A DNA stretch of 64,000 nucleotides, from positions 4,115,462-4,179,461 of the forward strand of contig NC_057755.1 of the NCBI RefSeq assembly GCF_004010195.1, given 5' to 3'. The stretch is from Chiloscyllium plagiosum. Lineage: Eukaryota. Below, piece by piece: positions 1-12,960 of the stretch. Made by a program: the position numbers and the translations under genes. Position 1 is the first letter of the stretch. The number at the start of each line of letters is the position of its first letter. The notes beneath the pieces were generated by a model. That model saw only the letters and a program-made list of their open reading frames with translations. It ran no database searches and had not been told where the DNA came from.

Positions 1-554
1 ACAAATAACTGACTTTAGTCCCTTTAATGCCTTTAGTATGTCTGTAATTAATAATTGAGTTGAAGAATTAACAGGACAGAATACAGAACATTTGACATGT
101 TCCTTTAATGTACTATACATGCCTCGCCCATTACAAAGAATTCGAAACCTGAATGAGTATTTTAACTAAATTAACTCTGGTTGTGTTGTACTTTATTGAT
201 AGAAATAACATTGCCATATTTTGCATTACTAAATCCTTTAAAGTTTCAGGCCCCACATTTGACTATATTCCGCTCATTCTCGGTGAATTTCAAGAAACAG
301 TGATACATACTTCTTTTCGGATGCTGCACATTCAATATAAAAAGTTATGACCCATTTATTTAACCATCAACAGTACGATTTGGTTCTGCCTACTCTCAGT
401 GTACTTCATGTCACTAATACAGCTCACAACTCCTATTTCTAGAATGTCAACTTTTCTGTTCTTTTACTGTGATAATGACAAACATTCTGTCTTTGCCCAG
501 GAGTCCAAACAGTACCAAACCCATTTACTTGTACCACAGCCTCTGACCTTGCCG

Positions 555-1160
555 ACACCTTCTCTTACCACCCTCTTGACCACAAAACCTCCTCTCATCA
601 CTAAACCATCATCTCAACACTATCCACAAGCTCATCACCTCAGCCCACCCTCAGCCTCGAATCTCAGTTCCCCAACCCCGCACCGCTCCGTTTTATCTCT
701 TGCTGAAAATCCACAAATCCGACTGCCCCAGTCGATCGATTATTTCTACCTGCCCCATTGAACTCATCTTCATTTATCTCAATTCCGTCCTGCCCCCCTT
801 GGACCAGAAACTACCCCCATATGTTCTAGACACCACTCACGTCCTCTACCTCTTCCATGATTTTCGTTTCCCCGGTCCCCAACACCTCATCTTCACCCTG
901 GACGTTCAGTTCTTATACACCTATATGCCCTATAAGGAAGGCCTTAAAGCCCTCTGTTTTACCCCTCTCACCAACCCAACTGGTCCCCCTCCACTGACAG
1001 TCTGATTCGCTTGGCAGAACTTGTGCTTGCATTTAACAACTTTTTATTTCAATCGTCCCGCTTCCTACAAAGTAGTGAGGTGGCCTGCCTCTTTGTAGGA
1101 TACATGTGTATACTCCCTCTTCCACAGCTACACTGGCACCATCCCCCACCTGTCAATGAC
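555..1160 (+). mobile_element. Penelope-like retroelement, degenerate RT fragment
   Basis: ORF 700-1005 'KIHKSDCPSRSIISTCP...PPYVLDTTHVL...IFTLDVQFLYT' matches Penelope RT motifs (KIHK..P.RPIVS; YI.DT; DV.SLYT); broken by frameshifts. Confidence 0.8.
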
Positions 1161-2049
1161 CATATTTAGGATTCCTCCCTGCACCAATGGCACGCAATGA
1201 CCAGCAAAGAATACCACCAACAAGATGTAAAACATTTAAACTCCAAGTCTCTGTCCACAGCACCTGACAAAACTATGACCTCCAACATCTAGACGAACAG
1301 GGGCTGAAAATGCACAAGAATACCATATCACATGCCAATTCCCCTTTCAACCTAGATATCATTCTGACATGGAAATCTGTCATTACTCCATCACTGCTGC
1401 AGTCTAAATATTCGTCAACTTTCCTCCAAAAACACAGAGTTTTCCTGTCCACCAGATAATGCAAATGATCCGAACTGCCACTGTCCCGGATTATCACAAA
1501 GGCAATTAGAACTGGGTAATGAATATTGGCCTAGCCACCAAATCTCATATTCTGCGAGCACCTTTAAAAATAAACAGTATTTCCAAATCTGAAAGAATAT
1601 ATCTCTGAACTCGCAGGATTGTTATTGTTCAAGAAAGTGTCACATGGGAGAGAGCCTAAGAAATGTCCAAGGGAAAAGGGTAAAAGCTTGGTGCTGAGGT
1701 CCTGCTAGATTCAGGGTGTCACATATCCCAGAAGATGGCCAAGTCAAAGCATTTTTTGTCTAATTCAATGAACTTCCCAACTACTACTGGTCTCAAACCA
1801 GGAGAAAGGTCCTTTTGCCTTTGTTACATGTGGTCTATGTATTGGTGATCCCTATTTCAGAATACTATGCTGATTCGGGCGGAGGCTCTCTTATCCTTGA
1901 AACTGGGTCAGTTATGAGAGTCACATGTTTGTGTCAATGAACTTCATGTGAGGTTATCCAGTCCTAGGCAGTGGTCTAAAATGGGAAGCAGTGATCTGTA
2001 CCAGCAAGTTGGTTGTGGATGGGAACTCCATTTTCTTTTATTCTTTCGA

Positions 2050-2378
2050 TGGGGGGGGGGCAACAATTCCTGCCCATCCCTAATTGCCCAGAGGGCAGTT
2101 AAGAGTTACCAGATTGTTGTGGGTCTGGAGTCACATGAAGGCCAGACCACGCAAGATCACAGATTACCTTCCCTAAAGGACATGAGTGAATGAGATTGTT
2201 GTCAACTGTTGGGGGATAAAAACATTTCATGGTTATCATTCCATTCTTAAGTACAGATTTCTAATAGAGTTCAAATTCCATTATCTGCCAAGCTGGACAT
2301 TGGACCCAGGACCCCACTACATTACCTAGGTCCCAGAATGAATACTCTAGTATAAGACTATTATACCATTGTCTCCCC
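2050..2378 (-). mobile_element. SacSINE1/DeuSINE-like tRNA-derived SINE
   Basis: Reverse complement has head 'ggacctaggtaatg...ggcagataatggaatttgaactc' and tail 'gggcaattagggatgggca'; the tail is shared with the LINE 3' end at ~7010-7070; similar copy at 61535-61880. Confidence 0.65.
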
Positions 2379-3404
2379 TAACTTTTAGCACTGGCCAGAA
2401 TTCAAAGTCAGCTTCTGATGCCAAACAATAGATTGGGTCACTGAGAACAAGTAGTGATTCAATTCTAGTGATTTCCATGGAGAATGTTGGGTAGGCTACA
2501 GGGATTTCTAGCCCAGTTTTGTTTTCTGAATCTGGGAAGGGGAACACTACTCACATGGAGACGGCCTAGCACAGGAGCTTGAGTGCATGAGCCTGGACAT
2601 CAGGCAGGAACTTTTGCTTAATCCCAGGTAAAGTGCCTGATTTCTAAGCCAGAAGCTTGCAATGACCAATGCTGCATGGATTCAGATTTTATTTGGTAGG
2701 GGCTGTGGTGTATCATCTTGGGCATGTGGCGTGATGCTGTACCAAACGCAGAAGTTCTTATGATTGAGTTGGGTATCCAACCTGAGAATTTATGGTTGGA
2801 TTCACTGCTGAATACTTTCATTGTTAGATTGTTAATACACTCAATTTCATTCCCATGGGATGGATTCAAAGTTTTTTTAGCATTTCATATTGTGGAGTAC
2901 GTCCTTTCCCAGTCATTGTGAAGTGATTTAATGCCCTTTTCTGCAGTTTACATACCGTGGTTATGAAATTCTAGAGGCAATCTGAGCTGTGGAAAATCCA
3001 AAACCAAATGCAGGCACTTTGCAATCAATGTTTGTGCGAGATATTTCTCATTCGTTGCTTTGCTCATCTGGGTGTCTTTGTCTGGATTTTATATCTTATG
3101 TAAAATTCCAGATAGACAGAGTAACCTATAAAGTAGCTGAAATTAACACTGCTGACCCCTGTAAAACATTAAATACATGACCATGTTGCTGGGAATAGAT
3201 TTTGGCTCATGTTCATCCCAATATCTTTATAAAATGCAAATGATTCATTTTGGTGGCTTGTTGTGATTCAAAGTATTTAATTTGATATGAAAGAGGACAA
3301 CAATTGCCCTTGTACCTAAACTCAATCCCTTATAGTCTGGACACATGGACAGAGAACGTTTGATCAGTAACTTCAATTCTTCTTTTCTTTTCTCTCTTTT
3401 ACAG

Positions 3405-4291
3405 TTAGTCTAATGGTGATTGTATTCTTGACCCGGGGCAAGTGTGGTCTTTCTGCATGTACCATTCGTTATTTGGTGGCCATGGCAACGTCTGATCTAC
3501 TGTTCATTATGTTTGATGTCATATTTCGTCGGTTTAGTTCCTATTATTATCCACAGTGTTTCCTGGACATCACGCCTGTTTGTAGCATTATCAATGTCCT
3601 GACCTTCTTAGCTATTGATTGTTCTGTCTGGTTCACTGTTGCATTTTCTTTTGATCGATTTGTCGCCATTTGTTTTCATCAAATGAAATCTCAGTATTGC
3701 ACAGAGAAAACTGCACTGAGGGTTCTAGCAACAATCTGTATTTTCTTTTCTTTAAAAAATATTCCCAATTACTTTAGATTTCGACCTGGGAAGATTACCA
3801 ACAATGTTCCATTGTATTGTGTTACCAGTTACAGTTATAATAATGACCGTCGGTGGTTGAGTTTCAAATATTTTGAAAAATTTTTAACACCATTTCTCCC
3901 ATTTGCTTTTATTCTCTTTCTCAACATTCTGACTGTCAGACATATCTTCGAGGCAATAAAAGTGCGTGAAGATCTGAGGGGTCAGAGAAAAATAGAGAAT
4001 GACTCAGAGATAGAGAGCAGAAAGAAATCTGTAATTTTACTCTTTGCCATATCTTCCAGCTTCATACTTCTCTGGTTGGCGTATATTTTATATATCTTTC
4101 AAGCTGCTTATCATTTGGGTTATGCTGCATTTGGCCTCTTTGAATTAATCGCATTTATGCTGCGGAACTTAAGTTGCTGCACAAATGCATTTATTTACGT
4201 GGTGACACAGAATAGTTTTAGATACCAGTTAAAGTGTGCAGTGATATATCCAGTTAAAAAATTAATTCAATTAATGAATAAATCCAAATAA
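3405..4291 (+). CDS. GPR139-like class A GPCR, copy A, second (main) coding exon; exon 1 lies upstream of the window
   Basis: Polypyrimidine acceptor 'ctctcttttacag|tt' at 3404/3405 (phase 1); open frame to TAA at 4291; 'RGKCGLS..T.RYLVAMATSDLL', 'DCSVWFTVAFSFDRFVAIC' (DRF motif), TM7 'SCCTNAFIY'; hydrophobic TM2-TM7. Confidence 0.9.
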
Positions 4292-4307
4292 CTGAAAGCC
4301 AGCAGCA

Positions 4308-4622
4308 GGGTTAGCATGGTTTCACAGCACCAGGGACCTGGGCACAATTCCCACCTGTGGTAACCGTCTGTGGAGATTTTTGCAGATTCTTCTCGTGTCT
4401 GCAGGGTTTCCTCTCACAACCCAAAAGACGTGCAGGTTAGGTGAATTGGCCATGTTATATTGCCCAGCGTGTTCAGGGATGTATAGGTGTCAGGTGCATT
4501 AGTCTGGGGTAAATGTAGAGTAGTAGGGGAATGGGTCTGTGTGGGTTACTCTTCCTAGGGTGGGTGTATACATATTGGGCCAAACGGCCCGTTTCCACAT
4601 TGTGGAAATTCTATGGTTCTAT
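4308..4622 (+). mobile_element. HE1/V-SINE-like shark SINE inserted just after the GPCR stop codon
   Basis: V-domain-like 'gggtttcctctcacaacccaaaagacgtgcaggttaggtgaattggccatg'; CR1-type tail 'ttgggccaaacggcccgtttccac..ttctatggttctatga'; absent at the equivalent position of copy B. Confidence 0.8.
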
Positions 4623-5179
4623 GATAGATGCAGCAGATGATGGAAGGCAGAGTCCACTTGAAGAATGGATGAAAGGAGGAGGTGGAGTAGCAATATCATA
4701 GCAGTCCTTTTCTAAGGCAAGGAAATGACTCCATCTGAAGAACAAAACGAAAAAAGAATCGAGGAGCAAAGTAGTCTCAAGCCCTGTTAGCAATGAGCAA
4801 CAGTTTGCAGAAAGCTGAACAACAAAGGCATAACCGAAAGGGAAATTAGATATGCGCGTGCAATCAGTTTTCAGTGAGTGCCATGAAGGAAAAATATCTT
4901 CGTTCACACCAGGCCAGTTTGGAAACAACAAAACAACAGTCTCCTACACACTTTTCCTCATGGAATTCTCTGATCCACACATCTGGACAATTGAAAAAAG
5001 ATTAACACATTTCTCCCATAAAAGAGTAAATAATATGATATAAATCTTCACAAATATGATGCAAATATCGTAAAGATTTTTCATCTTTTGGATGACAAAC
5101 CTATTTTCAGCGATAATTTACTTTGTCTGTTTCCATTCTTGAGAAGCCTGGAGCAGCAAATAAGGTATGAATTTGATGA

Positions 5180-7072
5180 AGCTACCAAACAGGACAACTT
5201 GCTCACGAAACACTATAAGCGGCAAGTGATAGACAGATCTAAGTGAGCCCACAACCAATGGATCAGATCTAAGCTTTGCAGTCCTGCAACATCCAGTTGC
5301 AAATGGTGGTTAAAAATTAAAACTCACTGAAGGAGATGGTTCCACAAATATCCCCATTTTCAATTTTGGAAGAGTCCAACACATCAATGCAAACGATAAA
5401 ACTGAAGCATTCGCAGCAATGTTCACCAGAAGTCCCGAGGGCATGTTCTATCTGGGTCAGTGATCCGCAGCATTAGAGATACCAGGCTTCAGCCAAGTCA
5501 ATTCACTTCATATGATATGAATATATGATTGGAGGCACTGCATGCTGTAAAGGCAATGAGACCTGATAATATTCGGACAATAGCACTGAAAACTTGTCCT
5601 CCAGAATTTTCCCAGTCCGAGGATCAAGCTCTGCCAGTACATTGTCAATAATAATAACACCTGTCTGATAATATGGAAAATTGCCAGGTATATAATGTAC
5701 ACAGAAAGCCGGACAAATCCAACTTGGCCAATTATCGCCCCATCATTCTACTCACAACCCCTTCCATCACTTCCAAGTGATGTAAGGGGTCATCATGCTA
5801 TCAAGCAGCACCAACTCAGCAACAACCTGCGCAGTGACACCCAGTTTGGGTTTCACCCGGGTCACTCAGCTCCAGGTCAGATTACAGCCTTGGTTAAAAC
5901 ATGGATAAAACAGCTGCATTCTAGAGGAGATGGATGCCCTTGGCATCAAGGCTACATTCGGCAGAGTGTGACATCAAGGACCATGAGTACACTTGAATCA
6001 ATGGGCATCAGGGGACGAACTCTCCTCTCGTTAGAGTCATAACTGACACATAACAAGATGGGTATGGTTGTTGGAAGTCAGTCATCTCAGCTCCAGGACA
6101 CCTCTGCAGGGGTTCGTCAGTGTAGTGTCCTAGTATAAACCATCTTTAGCTCTTTCATCAATGACCTTCCCTTCATTAAAAGTTCAGATTTGGGGCTGTT
6201 TGTTGACGACTGCACAGTGTTCAGCACCGTTTGCGACTCCTCAGATACTGAAGCAGCCCAGGTTCAAATACAACAAGATCTGGACAAAATCCAGGCTTGG
6301 ACTGACAAGTGGCAAGGAACATTTGTGCCACACTAATACGCAGCTATGATAATCACCAGTAAGAGACAATATAACCACCATCACTTGACACTGAATGATG
6401 TTACCATCAATGAATACAACACTATCAACAATGGGAACTGGACTTACCATTGACCACAAACTCAACTGGACTCTCGACATAAACGCAGCACTGAGAGGAG
6501 CAGGTCAGAGGCTAAGAATACTGTGGCGATTAACTCTCCTCCTGACTCTGCAAAGCCTGTCCATCATCTGTAAGGCACAAGTCAGAAGTGTAATGGAATA
6601 CTCCCCACTTGCATAGATGGGTGCAGTTCCAACAACGTTTAAGAAGCTTCACACAATCCAGGACAAAGCAACCAACTACATCTACAAACATTCAATCCAT
6701 CCACCACCAGCGCTCAGTATCAGCAGTGTGCATTATCCAAAGGGTGCACTGCAGAAATTCACCAAAGATCTTGTGACAGCATCTTCTAAGACCATTTACA
6801 TCTTGAAGGACAGGTGCAGCAGATAGATGGGAACACAACCACCTGCAAGTTCCCTTCCAAGCTACCCACCATCTTGACTTGGAAATAGATTACTATTACT
6901 TCATTGTCATTGGGTCAAAATCCTGGAATTCCCTCCCTAATGCCTTGGTGGGTCAACCCACAGCAGGTGAACTGCAGAGATTAATGGGGGCAGCTCACCA
7001 CACCTTCTCAAGGGCAACTAGGGACAAGAAATAAATGCTGGCCAGCCAGCAGCTCCCAAATCCCATGAATGT
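5180..7072 (+). mobile_element. CR1-clade LINE ORF2 remnant with 3' end (DeuSINE-partner-type tail)
   Basis: RT motifs in broken frames: 'QFGFHPGHSAP', 'FINDLP', 'FVDDC', 'KAQVRSVMEYSPLA'; 3' tail 'gggcaactagggacaagaaataaatgctggcc'. Confidence 0.8.
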
Positions 7073-7194
7073 ATGTTTTTAGAAAGAAAAGTTCACCGTA
7101 ACCTGATGGCTGATGTTATTCCCTTTGTTTGCTTCTTTCTGTGAATCAGCTGATGAGTTGGTGGGAGAATCCAAGGACAACCAAAGGGAAGACA

Positions 7195-7270
7195 GAAGCT
7201 TAGGAATGGTGTTGAATATGGCAGATGATCCGAAGCTTGGGAATGGTGTTGGATATGGCAGATGATCCGA
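7195..7270. repeat. 37-bp tandem duplication (2 copies)
   Basis: gaagcttaggaatggtgttgaatatggcagatgatcc / gaagcttgggaatggtgttggatatggcagatgatcc. Confidence 0.9.
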
Positions 7271-7519
7271 CATCCTCAGTACCTTCATGAAAATGCATTT
7301 TTGACAGTATCGATAGAGACATCGCAGAATAAATGTTTTGAGTCCAGTGTCTCTTCTGCTAGTGCTGACGAGTTTTCCCAGCAACGTCTGTTTTTGTTCT
7401 TGATGAACACCGATTGCTTGTGGCTTCAAATTTGAACCCGAGGTAATTTTAAAAAAAAAAGATATTTTCACCATCAACAAGAATTATTGTTTCCATCTGC
7501 AAAACAGCTCCTAAACTCA

Positions 7520-7830
7520 TATTGAAAACAACAGATGCTGGAGATCACAGCGGGTCGGGGGCATCCATAGAAAGAGAGCGAATGCTTCTAGTGTAAGTGA
7601 CTCTTTATGAGAACTGAAATGAAGTGTGGAGGGACAGTATTTATGCTATAATTAGGGGTGGTGATGTGGGTGTTACTGTAGCATAAATGCTGTCCCTCCA
7701 TACTTCACTTCAGCTCTGATGAAGAGTCACCTAGTCTCGAAATGTAAGTTTGCTTTATCGCCATGCATGTTGCCTGGCCCACTGTGATCTCCAGCATTGG
7801 TTGTTTTCAGTCCACATTCCAGCACCTGCA
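7520..7830. mobile_element. Palindromic Penelope-derived mini-element with hammerhead-like core
   Basis: ~130-bp imperfect inverted arms around a spacer at ~7650-7676; core 'ctgatga-a-gag...ctc-gaaa' at ~7716-7743. Confidence 0.7.
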
Positions 7831-8274
7831 GTAATATTTTTCCGAGCTGCTAAATCTAACCCAGAGTCAACTCATAATTGGTGAAACAATCATTCATTCC
7901 ACTGTTACCTCTGTACAATTGCAACCAGCGTCTTATCAGCCTGTCATCAGGCTATAAGCTGCATGCATTTATTTTGTCCAAACTTCTTCCATCCTCCTGA
8001 TTTGCTTTCTCAACAATTCCATTCCCTGATCATCCACTGACTGCAGTGACCTACTTAGAGATATTCTACACTACATTCTCTATTTTATTTGTCTATTCAA
8101 AATGTTCCATTGTCAACCAATCATTTTTTTTTACATCTTTGGACTGGTGTAAATCTTGTTTTGAAAACTCCACATGAAAGTGTTCAATGTTCTGCTGTGA
8201 TACAAATGCTACCAGTTGCTGTGATGGGGAAATAAATTACAGATAATATTGCACTGTGTCAAATGGAAAGGTAG

Positions 8275-8572
8275 ATAAAAATGCCAGAAACAATAGGAAG
8301 GTAGACAGGTGGGTGAATGGAAAAACACGGCAAGCCAGGCAGCTGGAGGCGGACAAGTCCATATTTCGGGTGTAACCCTTCTTCAGGATTGGAGGTGTAG
8401 AAGTCGGACTCCTGAAGAAGGGTTACACCGGAAACGTCAACTTCTATACCTGCAGTCCTGAAGAACTGCTTCACCTGAAACATCGAATTCTACACCTTCC
8501 GATGCTGCCTGTCTTGCTGTGTTCTCCCAGCCTCCTGCCTGTCTACTTTGGATTCCAGCATCTGCAGTCTCT
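8275..8572. mobile_element. Palindromic Penelope-derived element with tandem hammerhead-like cores
   Basis: Inverted arms; cores 'ctgaagaagggttacaccggaaacgtc' (~8412-8438) and 'ctgaagaactgcttcacctgaaacatc' (~8458-8484), plus an antisense core at ~8362-8386. Confidence 0.7.
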
Positions 8573-8689
8573 ACCCAGAAACGATATTAAGCCTGACAAT
8601 TGGGCACAATTTAGGACCCAGCAAAAGATGAGCCAGACAATAATCACGCGAGGGAGAGAATATGAATTCAGCCTTCCCATTTACATTCC

Positions 8690-9190
8690 CAGTACTTTTC
8701 CAATCCCAGTTGTCGCCTCCCCAATAGCACTCACAAACCTATTTGTGAGGATGTTCACTTCAGGACTGCCAAGATGCAAATTATCCATCTTATTGAGGTC
8801 CTACCTGCTCCAGAACTGGTCCCAACGCCTCTGTAACTTGCTGCCTGCCCTCTGGACCCAGTTCTCCAGCCACATGTTCATCCATTCAATTATTCCACGT
8901 CTATTCCGCAAGTGGAGCTGACAGTGAGTCTGAGATTACTGCGTTACCGGCCCTGCTTTTGGACCTTATTCCTAGTTTCCTGAAATCTGTTTAATGGACC
9001 AAATGTCCCTCCCTCCCTTCCCACTGAGATATTTCTCACTACCATGGAGCGCTACTTATGCCGTTTGATCTGCTCCGCAGAATTTCTTCGGCTGTTCTGT
9101 GATATCTTTGGCCCTGGAAGCAGGGAGGTTATCTTAATATGCTGAAGATATATTTATAACTGTGGAAACTCCACCCAGTTCCCTTAACTA
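8690..9190 (-). mobile_element. CR1 ORF1 (SGNH esterase-like) remnant
   Basis: Minus-strand translation 'RMNMWLENWV...RWDQFWSR*DLNKMDNLHL' resembles the CR1 ORF1 esterase 'WGRWDLYK.DGLHL' region. Confidence 0.55.
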
Positions 9191-10834
9191 ATGAACCCAC
9201 AGTCAGTCCTGTGTGCCCACTCTTTTTCCTAGCTTCCTATCGAACTGAGCTGCACACAGATATTGCTAGCATAGCTGTTGTCTGAAATCACCTTTGTCAC
9301 TCAGCACATTGTACAATCAAAGCTGCAATTCAGGTAGTGGCACAGAGGGTGTGAGACATATTCAAAGGGTCAATACTGACAGAGCTCTCTGATGTCGGTG
9401 TCATTACGGGGGACTGATGTATTGTTGGATGGTCAGTTCTGAGAGAGAGCATCATTATATTTGGGTAATTCTCAGTGTCTGATTCACTGACTGGTTTATA
9501 TACAGAGCTCATTATCTCAGCAATTTCAATCGTCTGTTCTCAATAAGTAACCTGACTTCTATCACTATTGAAAGAAAGGCATCAGGAATATTCCTGTTGC
9601 CTTGGGGCCAATAATTCTTCCTCACAATAGAACACTCACAGAAACACAAGGTGACCTGGTTCTGATGATACTACTGTCTGTGGAAGCTTGATGTGTGTAA
9701 TGTAGCTAACATTTCCCTACATTGAAAAAGAGACAACGCTTCATCGGCTTAATAAACTTCATTTTCTGTGAAACAAATTGGGATGTATGATTTTGAGAAA
9801 ATTCTTTTTTCTGAAGGAATGTGGACGAATGGCAGGGCATAAATCCCAGGATTACTCGACCAAATGATATTGAGTGAAATACAAAATAATTTCAATTTAA
9901 GTTCGTGTGATGTTACCAGTTGATGGATTCCTAAGTTTCTAAGGAACTTGGCAGTGGTCTTCTTATTTTTGAAAGTTTACATCTATGGTGCTTTGATTTG
10001 GAAGTTGAAGCAGGCAGAATCTCAGAGCTAAGCAAAAGCTGAGACTGAAAGTTACCATCCAGAGTGAAGTCTGAACCCTGTTGGGGTGGATCCAGGATTA
10101 AGCAGCAGGAGAAACAAGGATAGAAAGAGAGAATTTGCCCTCTTACCCAGGAGACGAGACAAAGATGGATTGGTGATAGGCTCTAGGGTTGAGAGAGGGA
10201 GAAATCACACTGCAGAGACTGATGATAAACGAAGTATGAACTGGAGTCTACGTCTGGACAATGACAGCAAGAGGATAGGAATCAAAACTTTAAACAATTT
10301 GTGCTGTCATGATCTCGGCTCAAAGCATAAAAGCTGAATTGATAAAAGCTTGAGATGATCTATTCCTGAGACAAATCAATGATCTTGAGTCAGAGAAAAA
10401 TAACCTTGTGTTCGGGGCAAAATGAATGACTCAGGTGAGCTTTAGTGTTTCTTCCTGAAGTGAGTGAAGGAGAAAACATTCCATGTTCAGTAAGAATCTT
10501 GGATTTGACTGCAAGGCCATCAGGGCAGGAAACATTGATTACGCTGTGTAGGCATTTGACTTACTAAAGTGAATGACGTGGTTGGAGGGTAAGTGGTCTT
10601 GCCAGTCTTTAGGTTCACCACTGGATATTCAGGATGCCACAGAACGTGACAGAAACCAAGTCCAATGGCAGCGAAGTGGGTGTTCATTCCAGAAGAATGA
10701 ACATCGTGCGAAAATAGAAATACAGACTCTAAATCTTTCCACAGAAACACATTCTCATTCATCCTGGACAATACAACATTCGGGCAATCCCAGGAAATAA
10801 AGACAAGTTTTCTTGGAACTGGAAAGATATCATT

Positions 10835-11650
10835 CTCCGAGGAGCTGGAAAATCGACGTTTGGGGCAAAAGCCCTTTATCAGGAATGGAGGCAGGGAGCC
10901 TCAAGTGTGGAGACATAAGTGTGGGGGGGTGGGGTCGGGGCTGGGGAGAAGGTAACAAAGAGTACAATAGGTGAATGCGGGTGGGGATGTAGGCGATGGG
11001 TTAGAGAGGAGGATGGGGGAAGATAACAAAGAGTAAAATGGGTGGATGGAGGTGGGGATGAAGTTGGTAGGTCAGTAGCGAGGGTGGAGTGGATAGGTGG
11101 GAGGGGAGACTGGCAGGTAGAACAGGTCATGTGGATGTTGCTGAGCTGGAAGTTAGGAACTGGGGTGAGGTGGGGTGGGGAAATGAGGAAACTGGTGAAG
11201 TCAACATTGATGCCCTGGGATTGAATTGTTCCGAGGCGGAAGATGAGTCTGTCTTCCTCCAGGCGTCGGGTGCTGAGGGAGCGGCAGAGGGCTAGGCCCA
11301 GGACCTGCATCTCCATGGCAGAGTAGGAGGGGGAATTGAATTGTTGGGCCACGGGGCGGTGGGGTTGATTTGTGCGGATGTCCCACAGATGTTCCCTAAA
11401 GCACTCTGCGAGGAGGCGTCTGGTCTCCCCCATGTAGTGTAGCCCGCATCGGGAGCAATGGATACAATGAATTACATTGGTGGATGCGGAGGTGAAACTT
11501 TGATGTATGTGGAAGGCTCCTTTGGGGCCTTGGATGAAGGTGAGGGAGGAGGTGTGGCCGCATGTTTTGCAATTCCTGCGGTGGCAGGTGAAGTTGCCAG
11601 GACGGGAGGGTGGGTTGTTGGGGAATGTGGACCTGACCAGATAGTCATGG
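10835..11650 (-). mobile_element. Penelope-like element 3' part (GIY-YIG endonuclease plus terminal repeat)
   Basis: ORF 10879-11433 'GETRRLLAECFREHL...PVAQQFNSPSYS...RRLEEDRLIFRLGTIQSQGIN' is the Penelope EN C-terminal half; degenerate hammerhead core at ~10855-10883. Confidence 0.85.
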
Positions 11651-12379
11651 GATATAGGGATTTCCTAGGTCATTGGAAAAGAGTGTAATTTGGTGTTTTT
11701 TTTATCCACGTTAAGAATCGGCTCTGGATATTTTACCAGTTTAAGTAAGTTCCAAACTTCCTCACAATAAATCTCCAGAACATTAAATACCCACTCCTTC
11801 CAAGCCCTCAATGAGTGTGGAGGTCGAATTTTAGAATAAGATTTAAACTTCACCATGTTCGGTCTGATCACGTTGCTGATAGTCTTTTCATAGCATTGCA
11901 TTCTCTCCTTGTAAAGTGAGGCAATTTGGATCTTCTCTCTGATCACACTCACTCCCAGACAGATCAGCCTGAGACACAGTCAGTGCAGTGACCTTGCCTT
12001 CCCTGAGTTTCGTCGTGCAGCCACATGCCTCCAACAAAGCCTGGTTGCAAACCGATTGTGATGTCAGGTCTCTTTCTGTGATGTTCCTGGTGAGGTCACA
12101 CTGGTTCTGTGAGGTCACACTTTGACCTGTCCAGTACAAGGGGCCTGACTGTGATCAAACATGGAGTTACTGAAATCTTCACTGTCATCAGGTTACAATA
12201 TGTTCATATTCCAGAATATGACATTGTGCAGTATGGGTGGTGCCCAGAGATGGGATTGTCATCATCTCTTATGCTTTTACATGACAATACCCAGTATTTG
12301 GCACTAATAACCAGTCACTGGTGATCACCAATGGTTGGGGGAAGCTGTTCAGTAAGGGAGATGAGAATTTGCATCAGTC

Positions 12380-12855
12380 ACCATCCCTCCATATCTCTGG
12401 ACCCTCTCCAGCCTCAACACACCGACCTCTGTAAAATCCTCCAGTTTATATACCCCACCATATTTCTGTAAAATGCTTCAGATCCTACACATCTGTCTAT
12501 CTCTGTAACCTCTTCGAGCACATAGAACTCTCCCTACCTCGTAACCACCTGCAACCCAGACATACTCTGTAATTTTTCCACACATTTCCTTATCTCTGTA
12601 ACCTCCTCCAGAATCTACCTCACACAGAACAATTGCAACAACCTCCTGCCCCTACACCTCTCCATATCTCTATATCCTCCATTCCCCTACTCTTGAACAT
12701 ATCTCTGTAACCTTCCCCAGCAATTAGAACACATCCAATATCTGTACCATCCTCTAGTATCTTCAACCCTCCCTTTCGCTCTGACCGCCACCAATACCTG
12801 CACCCTTCCCAATCTCTGTGACCTCTTCAGGCCCAACAGTCCTCCATAACCTTTT
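12380..12855. repeat. Degenerate CT-rich minisatellite (atctctgtaacctcctccag-like unit, probably derived from an L2 3' end)
   Basis: More than 8 diverged copies of 'atctctgtaacctc/atctctgtaaaatc/atctctgtgacctc'. Confidence 0.6.
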
Positions 12856-12960
12856 ATAGAGTCATACAGCATGGAAGTAGACCTTTCTGCCCAACAGTCC
12901 ATGCTGACCATAATCCCAAACTAAACTAATCCCACTTGCCTGCTTTGGCCCACATTCCTC

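Noticed and set aside
2618..2869. Similar short antisense ORFs at 2618-2869 and 39048-39251
   Set aside because: Explained by the duplicated GPCR intron; the frames are not consistently preserved and there is no domain signal.
7149..7190. 'ctgatgag' hammerhead-like start after an acceptor-like 'gaatcag'
   Set aside because: No GAAA at a stem II-compatible distance. The putative exon has no recognisable protein or donor.
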